From: Arthrobacter phage Mufasa8
Sequence record: MN586027.1
Strand: one strand, 5' to 3'
DNA: 32,000 bases
In this document: one piece after another, positions 25,689 to 32,000 of the stretch
Layout: every line of letters begins with the position of its first letter
How positions within the stretch are numbered: the stretch's first letter is position 1
Notes under the pieces: generated by a model
Seen by the model: the letters and a program-made list of their open reading frames with translations, nothing else
What the model was told of the DNA's origin: nothing
The model's database searches: none
Made by a program: the position numbers and the translations under genes

Positions 25689-26096
25689 ATGACAAGCACC
25701 ACCTCCGCCCAGCCCACGCAGGCCCCCGCCGACACCCTCCTTGGCAAGGTTGTCCAGCACGCCATCGACCACGTCCAGTTCCTGCCCTGCCGACCGGAGC
25801 TTGAGCAGGTCGACGCCATCGCGAACGAAGTCTCGGCCCTGTGCCCCGTCACCGGACAGCCGGACATCTACACCGTGACCATCAGCTACGAGCCCCACGG
25901 CCACGTCATCGAATCCAAGGCCCTCAAGCTCTACCTCTGGCGCTTCCGCGACATGGGCATCTCCTGCGAGGACCTTGCCGCCGTCATCGCCGCGGACCTC
26001 ACCCGCGACCACGGCTACCCCGTCTCCGTCACCACCCAGCAGCAGTCCCGAGGCGGCATCGTCCTCAAGGGCTACGCCACCGGCGGCCTGTCCTAA
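25689..26096 (+). CDS. queF: QueF-like (7-cyano-7-deazaguanine reductase family), divergent
   Basis: NEVSALCPVTGQPDIYTVTISYEP...VIESKALKLYLWRFRDMGISCED. Confidence 0.8.
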   Translation: MTSTTSAQPTQAPADTLLGKVVQHAIDHVQFLPCRPELEQVDAIANEVSALCPVTGQPDIYTVTISYEPHGHVIESKALKLYLWRFRDMGISCEDLAAVIAADLTRDHGYPVSVTTQQQSRGGIVLKGYATGGLS

Positions 26097-26135
26097 CCAC
26101 CCCGGGCCACCACCCCACCGAGTAAGGAACTCCTC

Positions 26136-26807
26136 ATGACAAAGACCCAACTCGTGCTGCTGTCCGGCGGCATGGACTCCTCTGCAGCGCTCGCGCAAGC
26201 CCACTCCTCGGGCCTGCCCGTGCTGGCAGTCTCGGTCGATTACGGCCAGCGCCACGTCAAGGAAATCGAGGCTGCCGCCGCCGTGGCCAAGCACTACGGC
26301 GTCGAGCATGTGACCCTCGACATGACTGGATGGGGCAAGCTCCTCAAGGGCTCATCCCTGACTGACAGCAGCGTGGACGTCCCGGAAGGGCACTACGCCG
26401 CCCCGACCATGGCCCTGACAGTGGTGCCGAACCGGAACGCCACGATGCTCATGGCCGCCGTCGGGGTCGCTGACGCCTACGGCATCGACCAAGTCGTGAC
26501 TGCCGTCCACGCCGGTGACCACGCCATCTACGCCGACTGCCGCCCGGACTTCATCGACGCCGCTGACCGCACGGCCCGCGTCGCCACGGAGGGTCGCGTG
26601 TCCATCGTGGCGCCGTTCGTGATGTGGACCAAGACCGACATTGCCCGGGAAGGCGCCCGTCTGGGTACTCCCTTCGGGCTGACATGGTCGTGCTACAACG
26701 GCCGCGAGCTGCAGTGCGGCGTCTGCGGCACCTGCACGGAACGGAAGGAAGCCTTCCACGACGCCGGACTCACCGACCCCACCGAATACGAAGGAGCCGC
26801 AGCATGA
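26136..26807 (+). CDS. queC: QueC, 7-cyano-7-deazaguanine synthase
   Basis: VLLSGGMDSSAALA PP-loop; C...CGVCGTCTERKEAF zinc motif. Confidence 0.92.
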   Translation: MTKTQLVLLSGGMDSSAALAQAHSSGLPVLAVSVDYGQRHVKEIEAAAAVAKHYGVEHVTLDMTGWGKLLKGSSLTDSSVDVPEGHYAAPTMALTVVPNRNATMLMAAVGVADAYGIDQVVTAVHAGDHAIYADCRPDFIDAADRTARVATEGRVSIVAPFVMWTKTDIAREGARLGTPFGLTWSCYNGRELQCGVCGTCTERKEAFHDAGLTDPTEYEGAAA

Positions 26808-27202
26808 CGTTCGCGACCATCTCCAAGGAGTTCGCTTTCTCGTCCTCCCACCAGCTCCACGGGCTCCCGGAGGACCACCCCTGCTCCCGCCTGCACGGGC
26901 ATAACTACGCGGTGAAGCTGGAACTGTCCGGGGACACCGACGAGCGCGGGTTCGTGGTCGATTACCGTGACCTCGGGAAGTTCAAGGACTACCTCGACAA
27001 CGACCTTGACCACCGGCACCTCAACGACGTGCTGGGCTTCCAGCCGACCGCGGAGAACCTTGCCTCCCACCTCGGGCACATGGCCCAGAACCTCCTGCCC
27101 ATCCCCAAGACCGTGACCATCCTGTCCGTCTCCGTGTCCGAGACGCCTAAGACGTGGGCAACCGTCACCCAGTACCTGCTGGTCGAGGAGCGGAACCTGT
27201 GA
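26804..27202 (+). CDS. queD: QueD, 6-carboxytetrahydropterin synthase
   Basis: FSSSHQL...CSRLHGHNY...GFVVDYRDLGKFKDYLDNDLDHRHLND. Confidence 0.92.
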   Translation: MTFATISKEFAFSSSHQLHGLPEDHPCSRLHGHNYAVKLELSGDTDERGFVVDYRDLGKFKDYLDNDLDHRHLNDVLGFQPTAENLASHLGHMAQNLLPIPKTVTILSVSVSETPKTWATVTQYLLVEERNL

Positions 27203-27942
27203 TCCCGCTCGACATCAGCCCGAAGGAGGGCAAGCCAAGTGCTGCGCGTCTGCCGTTTGTTGAAGCTTTCGGCCCTACGCTCCAAGGCGAAGGCCCGGCA
27301 GCCGGTCGAGTATCGGCATTTGTCCGATTCGGAGGTTGCAATCTTGCATGCTCTTGGTGCGACAGTCCCTATACATGGGATGCCGACCGCTTTGACCTCC
27401 GTCGCGAAATCACTCTGCTCACGCCCGCTGAAATCAGCGACCGAATCCCCCAAGCACCCATCATCGTCATCACCGGCGGCGAGCCCCTGCTGAACCAGCG
27501 CTCGGCAGGGTGGGGCCTGTTCCTGCAGACCCTCAAGGACCGGGGCGCGGAGCTGCACATGGAGACGAACGGCACGATTGTCCCGAACGAGGTCACGCTC
27601 AAGTTCGTGGACGTGTTCATCGTCTCCCCCAAGCAGGCGCACGCCGGGGACCACAAGAGGACCCAGAACCCGGCCCTGAACCCGGGATGGTCCACCGTGC
27701 ATGACTTCCACGAGGCGCACCTCAAGGTCGTCGTCGAGGACGCCGCGGGCGTGGCCGCCACAGCCGCCCTCGCGGCCGAGCATGACTGGCCCCTCACTCA
27801 GGTCTGGGTCATGCCCGAAGGGACGACGAGCGAGGTCCTGAACGGCCGCTTCCCGGAGATTGCCACCGCGGCAACCGACCACCGAATCAACTGCTCCCAC
27901 CGGCTTCATGTGCTGGCGTGGACCGACGCAAGGGGACACTAA
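27199..27942 (+). CDS. queE: QueE, 7-carboxy-7-deazaguanine synthase (radical SAM)
   Basis: FGPTLQGEGPAAGRVSAFVRFGGCNLACSWCDSPYTWD (CX3CX2C), VITGGEPLL. Confidence 0.92.
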   Translation: MIPLDISPKEGKPSAARLPFVEAFGPTLQGEGPAAGRVSAFVRFGGCNLACSWCDSPYTWDADRFDLRREITLLTPAEISDRIPQAPIIVITGGEPLLNQRSAGWGLFLQTLKDRGAELHMETNGTIVPNEVTLKFVDVFIVSPKQAHAGDHKRTQNPALNPGWSTVHDFHEAHLKVVVEDAAGVAATAALAAEHDWPLTQVWVMPEGTTSEVLNGRFPEIATAATDHRINCSHRLHVLAWTDARGH

Positions 27943-28556
27943 TGCCCAACACTGTTACCGACATCGCGGACGTGAACGCCGACGTCCTGTTCCTCCGTGA
28001 CCCCGTGGAGGAGGCTGTGAAGCTGCTCCTGCAGGCCCTTCGGGTCGACGAGGGCGACCACACGGCAGACACCCCGAAGCGGGTCGCGAAGTCGTGGCGT
28101 GCCCAGCTCGCGGGCTACGACGAGGACCCTGCCCTGCACCTTGAGAAGCAGTTCAGCGCCCCGGAGCGACCCGGCCTCGTGGCCGTGCACGGCATCCGGT
28201 TCGCGTCCACCTGCGCCCACCACCTGCTGCCCATCACCGGCACCGCGACCATCGCCTACCGGGCACGGAACGGCGCGTCCGTCGTGGGCTTGTCCAAGCT
28301 GTCCCGGCTGCTGGAAGGGTACGCGAAGCGGCTGCAGGTGCAGGAGCGGATCGGGTCGCAGATCATCGACGCGCTGATGGACAAGCTGGACCCCGTCGGC
28401 TGCGCGGTCATCCTCACCGCCGAGCATGGGTGCATGACCGTCCGCGGCGTGAACCAGCCCGGCGCGGCCACCACGACCGTCGCGACCGGCGGCCAGTGGG
28501 ACGACTGGCACCCGGAGGTCACCCAGCTCATCGCCATCCACCACAAGCACAGCTAG
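27942..28556 (+). CDS. folE: GTP cyclohydrolase I
   Basis: FASTCAHHLLPITG...VVGLSKLSRLLEGYAKRLQVQERI...GCAVILTAEHGCMTVRG. Confidence 0.93.
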   Translation: MPNTVTDIADVNADVLFLRDPVEEAVKLLLQALRVDEGDHTADTPKRVAKSWRAQLAGYDEDPALHLEKQFSAPERPGLVAVHGIRFASTCAHHLLPITGTATIAYRARNGASVVGLSKLSRLLEGYAKRLQVQERIGSQIIDALMDKLDPVGCAVILTAEHGCMTVRGVNQPGAATTTVATGGQWDDWHPEVTQLIAIHHKHS

Positions 28557-28565
28557 GAGGGTCCG

Positions 28566-28724
28566 GTGGCAACGTCTGACAGCCCCGTCGAGGAGCCCAG
28601 CCGGTCGCAGCTCGCGGCCCGGGAACTCCTCCGCGTCCTCGGCATCACCCCGTCCGGGAACGCTCTCATCTACGTCACGGCCAACAGCCCTGACGGGATG
28701 GTCAGCTACGCCATCAACGCCTGA
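28566..28724 (+). CDS. small hypothetical protein
   Basis: 52 aa, AGGAGG SD upstream of GTG. Confidence 0.6.
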   Translation: MATSDSPVEEPSRSQLAARELLRVLGITPSGNALIYVTANSPDGMVSYAINA

Positions 28725-28758
28725 ACCCGCAGGCGCCCCTCTAAGCCCCCAAAACAGA

Positions 28759-28792
28759 ACGCCCCCTCCCGGAATACCGGAGAGGGGGCGTT
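28759..28792. terminator. bidirectional hairpin AACGCCCCCTC/GAGGGGGCGTT between convergent genes
   Basis: 11-bp perfect inverted repeat at plus/minus convergence. Confidence 0.6.
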
Positions 28793-28825
28793 AGGGGCTG
28801 CTGGGGGCCGCAGCGGGCGAATGGC

Positions 28826-29068
28826 TCACTTCTTCTTGACCGTTCGGCGACCGCGCCCGGGGCGTTTCTTCTCCCACCGGGCAATCGTCGACTCGAACCA
28901 CGCCGGGGACAGCCCGATCACGAGGTCCGGCTCAGGCATGTCACCCGGACGCGGGTTCCCCTCGGCCCGGTGCTGCCGGGCCTTGGCAAGGTACGTCCTG
29001 ACCGCGCGAATATCGACGCCGATGCGTTCAGCGACTTGTTCGTATCCGAGCAACTTAGGTTTAGCCAT
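28826..29068 (-). CDS. HTH (excisionase-like) protein
   Basis: MAKPKLLGYEQVAERIGVDIRAVRTYLAKARQ. Confidence 0.65.
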   Translation of the reverse strand: MAKPKLLGYEQVAERIGVDIRAVRTYLAKARQHRAEGNPRPGDMPEPDLVIGLSPAWFESTIARWEKKRPGRGRRTVKKK

Positions 29069-29109
29069 TACACCATGGTATCGCCGTCCCCCAGCGGCGA
29101 CCAAGCCGT

Positions 29110-29874
29110 TCACGACACCGCCGCGGACAGCGCCGCGGCCGCCTTCCGGGCCTCCACCTTCTTTCCGTTCACGTCGGCCTTCTTCCCCTCGACGACGCCC
29201 GCACGTGTCGCTTCCGCGGTGCCGCGGGCGATCTTCTGTTCCCGGGCAGCCTTGATCTTCGGGTACTTCTGCGCGATCCAGTCATCGGCGCGGCTCTTGC
29301 GGTCAACGAGGACCAGCTCACCGGAGCCCGTCGCGGATACCTCCTCACCCACAATCTCCCGCAGCCGCAGGGCCGCACCGGCGTAGAAGCCCAGCACGAA
29401 CTCCTTCCGCTCGTTCAGCCGCTCCGTCTCCGTCATCCAGCCCTTGTCCTTCCCGGCGACGGCCCACCACGTCCTCAGTGCGTGGTCCTGCTGGATGAGC
29501 AGGGACTCAGCGAGGCGCAGCATCTGGTCCACGTCCGACTCCGCGCCCACGACGTACAGCACCCGGTAACCGTCCGCTGAGTGGGTGGTCTGCAGGCAGG
29601 TGACCAGCCGGGACTCCGTCAGCGTGGCCGTGAGTCCGTTGAGCTGGTTGATCTGGTATGAGCCGCTGACGACCATGTGCTTCTGGGTGATGGGCTCCCG
29701 GGTCTGCCCCTGCCGCCCGCGCTCCATGTCAACGGCTGCCTTGTCGATCCCGTAGCGGATCATCAGCCGCTCGGCGTGTTCACGCAGGGCTTCGGCCTCT
29801 GCAGGGTAGGGCGTGGATTCTGCCTTGCGGAGCAGCTTCGCGATCTTGTCGAGCTGCTTGTCGAGATTGGCCAC
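29110..29874 (-). CDS. DUF2786-like protein
   Basis: LDKIAKLLRKAESTPYPAEAEALREHAERLMIRYGID; GTG start with GGAGG. Confidence 0.75.
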   Translation of the reverse strand: MANLDKQLDKIAKLLRKAESTPYPAEAEALREHAERLMIRYGIDKAAVDMERGRQGQTREPITQKHMVVSGSYQINQLNGLTATLTESRLVTCLQTTHSADGYRVLYVVGAESDVDQMLRLAESLLIQQDHALRTWWAVAGKDKGWMTETERLNERKEFVLGFYAGAALRLREIVGEEVSATGSGELVLVDRKSRADDWIAQKYPKIKAAREQKIARGTAEATRAGVVEGKKADVNGKKVEARKAAAALSAAVS

Positions 29875-29942
29875 GGTGGGCCTCCTTTCGGGGAATGGGT
29901 GGGGCCGGGACCTTGCGGCCCCGACCCCGTGGTGGTGGGTGG

Positions 29943-30932
29943 TTAGACGGACAGGAGCTGGAACGCCTTGGTCTTGAGGTTCAGGCCGGACTCGCCGATA
30001 GCGCGAACCGCCCGGGCCTCCTGCACGTCGCCCTTCGCGCCGCGGACGGGCGAGAAGAAGTCGACCCACTCCGTGACGGCTTGGTATCCGGCCCAGCGGG
30101 TGCCCTTGATCTGGGTAGCCGTCGGGGAGCTGGTGAACAGTTCCATGAGGTCGTCCTGCTTGCGAACGAGGGTGGTCTTGGCTGCACCCTTCTGCTTGTC
30201 CGGGTCGCCCATGAGGTCCTTGACGATGTCGTAGAACGCGGCCTCGGTCAGCGACTCCTGAATCATCTTCTCGGCCTCCTGCTGGAACCCGTCGATGTAC
30301 TTGAACGTGAGGCCCAGAGCGTCGCGGGCCGTGGCGATGGACTGCTTGTGGTTCGCCGTGTGACGGACGGAGAACATGGACTTCGCCTGCGCGATGGCTG
30401 CGGCCTGCGTGTTGGCGCAGACGACCCGGACGGGGCCGACGACGAACTTGAAGGAGGACTCCCCATCGTGGGAGTTGAGAGCGCTGATGTAGGTCTTGAC
30501 CTCGTCCACGCCGCCGATCCACATGGAGTCCGGCATGGCCATGGTCACGAACACCTCGCGGCCGCCGCGGAGCGAACCTGCCGTCTCAAGGTGGGCGCCG
30601 GACTCATCCACGAGGGTGTCCAGCAGGTCCACGTGATCCTCGTTCTGGATGGGCGTGTACTTGCTGCCGGAGGTGCCGAGGACGTCCGTGCTGCCGTCGA
30701 ACGGGTTCGTCCTGATGTTGGCGAACTTGCCCGGGACCTGCAGGACGTTGCCGTCATCATCGACGGTGGTGAGCGGGGACTTGCGAACGTTCCAGCCCGC
30801 GAGGTGGGCCGTCTTGAGGGCCGTGGCTGCGTCGAACGTGGAGTCGAGGACGGTGCCCAGCTTGTGCCAAGCGGGTTCGCGGGCGGATACGAATGATGCC
30901 AGCTCGCCGTAGGTTTCGAGTTCGTGGGACAT
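29943..30932 (-). CDS. DUF932 / phage-plasmid-like protein
   Basis: AWHKLGTVL...YTPIQNEDHVDLLDTLV...VVGPVRVVCANT. Confidence 0.75.
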   Translation of the reverse strand: MSHELETYGELASFVSAREPAWHKLGTVLDSTFDAATALKTAHLAGWNVRKSPLTTVDDDGNVLQVPGKFANIRTNPFDGSTDVLGTSGSKYTPIQNEDHVDLLDTLVDESGAHLETAGSLRGGREVFVTMAMPDSMWIGGVDEVKTYISALNSHDGESSFKFVVGPVRVVCANTQAAAIAQAKSMFSVRHTANHKQSIATARDALGLTFKYIDGFQQEAEKMIQESLTEAAFYDIVKDLMGDPDKQKGAAKTTLVRKQDDLMELFTSSPTATQIKGTRWAGYQAVTEWVDFFSPVRGAKGDVQEARAVRAIGESGLNLKTKAFQLLSV

Positions 30933-31023
30933 GGTGGGGCTCCTTCTGGGTCTGTTGCTTGACGGGTGGTTGATGGGTTCTTGATCGGTGGGGCGGGGGC
31001 CGCGACCCCCGCCCGGTGGGCTG

Positions 31024-31245
31024 CTAGTCCATTTCGACGCGGGTGATGACCGGCAGGCCCTCCTCGTTGAAGCCGAAGTGAATCTGGTCCTCGCAGCGGT
31101 GGTCCGCGGAACGGATCGTGTAGAGCGTTCCCCAGTCGCTGGGCTGGCCGCCGGTGGGAACTTCGTAGACCGTGATGCCGTCGTACTCGGCGTCCGAGCG
31201 GTAGATGGCGAACAGGGCTTCTGCGGGAGTTACGAAGCGATCCAT
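31024..31245 (-). CDS. hypothetical protein
   Basis: MDRFVTPAEALFAIYRSDAEYDG...; AAGGAAGAAGG upstream. Confidence 0.75.
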   Translation of the reverse strand: MDRFVTPAEALFAIYRSDAEYDGITVYEVPTGGQPSDWGTLYTIRSADHRCEDQIHFGFNEEGLPVITRVEMD

Positions 31246-31280
31246 GGTGTTTCCTTCTTCCTGTTTTGGTTGGTGATATG

Positions 31281-31311
31281 AGTGTAACACCATTACACCA
31301 ACCAAAACAAG
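31281..31311 (-). promoter_or_regulatory. promoter P7: TTGTTT-N18-TACACT, TGT extended -10
   Basis: minus strand TTGTTTTGGTTGGTGTAATGGTGTTACACTCATA. Confidence 0.7.
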
Positions 31312-31318
31312 CCCGGGC

Positions 31319-31516
31319 CTACTCCCCGATTGGCGGGGCGAACGACTCCGGCCGGGCGTGCTCGATCTTCACCACCCCGAACGGGGCGTCATCCAGCTCC
31401 GCGATCCAGTGCGTCGGGGACAGCTTGAACGCGCACTGACGGCAGGCGCAGGGCCGGTAGCTGACGACCTCGCGGTTGACGACTTCCAGCAGGGACCCGA
31501 TGTAGATCCGTGCCAT
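31319..31516 (-). CDS. hypothetical protein
   Basis: 65-aa ORF coupled with upstream CDS. Confidence 0.7.
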   Translation of the reverse strand: MARIYIGSLLEVVNREVVSYRPCACRQCAFKLSPTHWIAELDDAPFGVVKIEHARPESFAPPIGE

Positions 31517-31677
31517 TACGCCTCCTCCTCAACCCGGTAGTCGATCTTGTAATCGGATTCGAGCGTCTTGTAGCCGTCGCGGGTTGCGTTGGCCTCCTTG
31601 CGCGAGACGATGCCGTTTTCGCAGTCCCATGTGTTGCCGGTGAGCGTGTTCTCTCCGACGACCTTGAACGTGGCCAT
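31516..31677 (-). CDS. hypothetical protein (MATFKVVGENTLTGNTWDCENGIVSREKANATRDGYKTLESDYKIDYRVEEEA)
   Basis: 53 aa, TAATG overlap with next CDS, AGGACC upstream. Confidence 0.65.
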   Translation of the reverse strand: MATFKVVGENTLTGNTWDCENGIVSRKEANATRDGYKTLESDYKIDYRVEEEA

Positions 31678-31706
31678 GACAGGTCCTTTCGTCGATGGTT
31701 GGTTGA

Positions 31707-32000
31707 TTACTTGCCGGTGTTGCTGGCTGCTGCTGCCGCGAGCTGGAGGAACAGGACGTCCGTGATCTGCATGGTGGTCTGGTCCAGCAGGGTGTCGTTC
31801 TCGAAGTAGCGGACGGTGACGTGGCGGTCTGCTTGGTAGATGTTCAGGCCCTCCGACGCGGCAACCTCCGTGCGGCGCTGGGCGCCCTTCTTGTCCGTGT
31901 AGTCGAGGACGAAGTTGCCCGTGGGGGCGAAGTCGGCGCCTGCGGTGGGTGCGAAGCCTGCTTCGGTGAGCGCTTCCTGAGTCTTGATGGTGAGTGCCAC
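31707..32000 (-). CDS. hypothetical protein; GTG start at window edge or continues beyond
   Basis: 97-aa ORF MALTIKTQEALTEAG... Confidence 0.65.
   Translation of the reverse strand: MALTIKTQEALTEAGFAPTAGADFAPTGNFVLDYTDKKGAQRRTEVAASEGLNIYQADRHVTVRYFENDTLLDQTTMQITDVLFLQLAAAAASNTGK

Noticed and set aside
23905-25867. Long antisense ORFs over the modification locus (for example 504 aa and 308 aa)
   Set aside because: High-GC spurious antisense frames opposite well-supported conserved plus-strand genes (dpdA-like, parB-like).
23719-27394. 12-mer GGTTGCAATCTT shared between 23.72 kb and queE (about 27.39 kb)
   Set aside because: Short, single shared word without flanking similarity; likely coincidence and not enough to claim recombination sites.
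28790-28812. GGGGCTGCTGGGGG-type G-runs, similar to AGGGGCTGCTAGCCCC at about 10725-10740, as mobile element ends
   Set aside because: Explained better as terminator-associated GC-rich sequence; no target duplication or transposase nearby.

Overview
This 32 kb, high-GC window looks like the early/accessory region of a temperate actinobacterial phage (or prophage). Layout: (1) about 1-3.3 kb, minus strand: small genes ending in an immunity cassette (ImmA/IrrE-like metallopeptidase HELGH plus an HTH repressor-like protein). (2) about 3.6-28.7 kb, plus strand: Xis-like HTH, RecF/SbcC-like ATPase, PD-(D/E)XK nuclease, RecT-like annealase, SSB, a replication-associated protein followed by an iteron-like array (candidate origin), RusA-like resolvase, then about 30 tightly packed small genes of mostly unknown function. 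(3) 24.1-28.6 kb: a complete 7-deazaguanine DNA-modification locus: TGT/DpdA-like transglycosylase, ParB-like protein, QueF-like reductase with an atypical active-site region, QueC, QueD, QueE, FolE. (4) 28.8-32 kb, minus strand: small genes, DUF2786-like and DUF932-like proteins. Features not explained by genes: seven near-identical promoters (TTGnnn-N18-TACAnT with TGT extended -10, embedded in GTGTTACAC), a repeated leader ACCAACCAAGGAG before many starts, a 12-copy GAACCCTT/AAGGGTTC array at about 12 bp period next to an AT-richer TTAACTCC repeat, and a promoter-to-terminator non-coding unit (about 23.72-24.0 kb) with a tRNA-like 3' domain directly upstream of the TGT/DpdA-like gene. No database searches were run; family names are from motif recognition.
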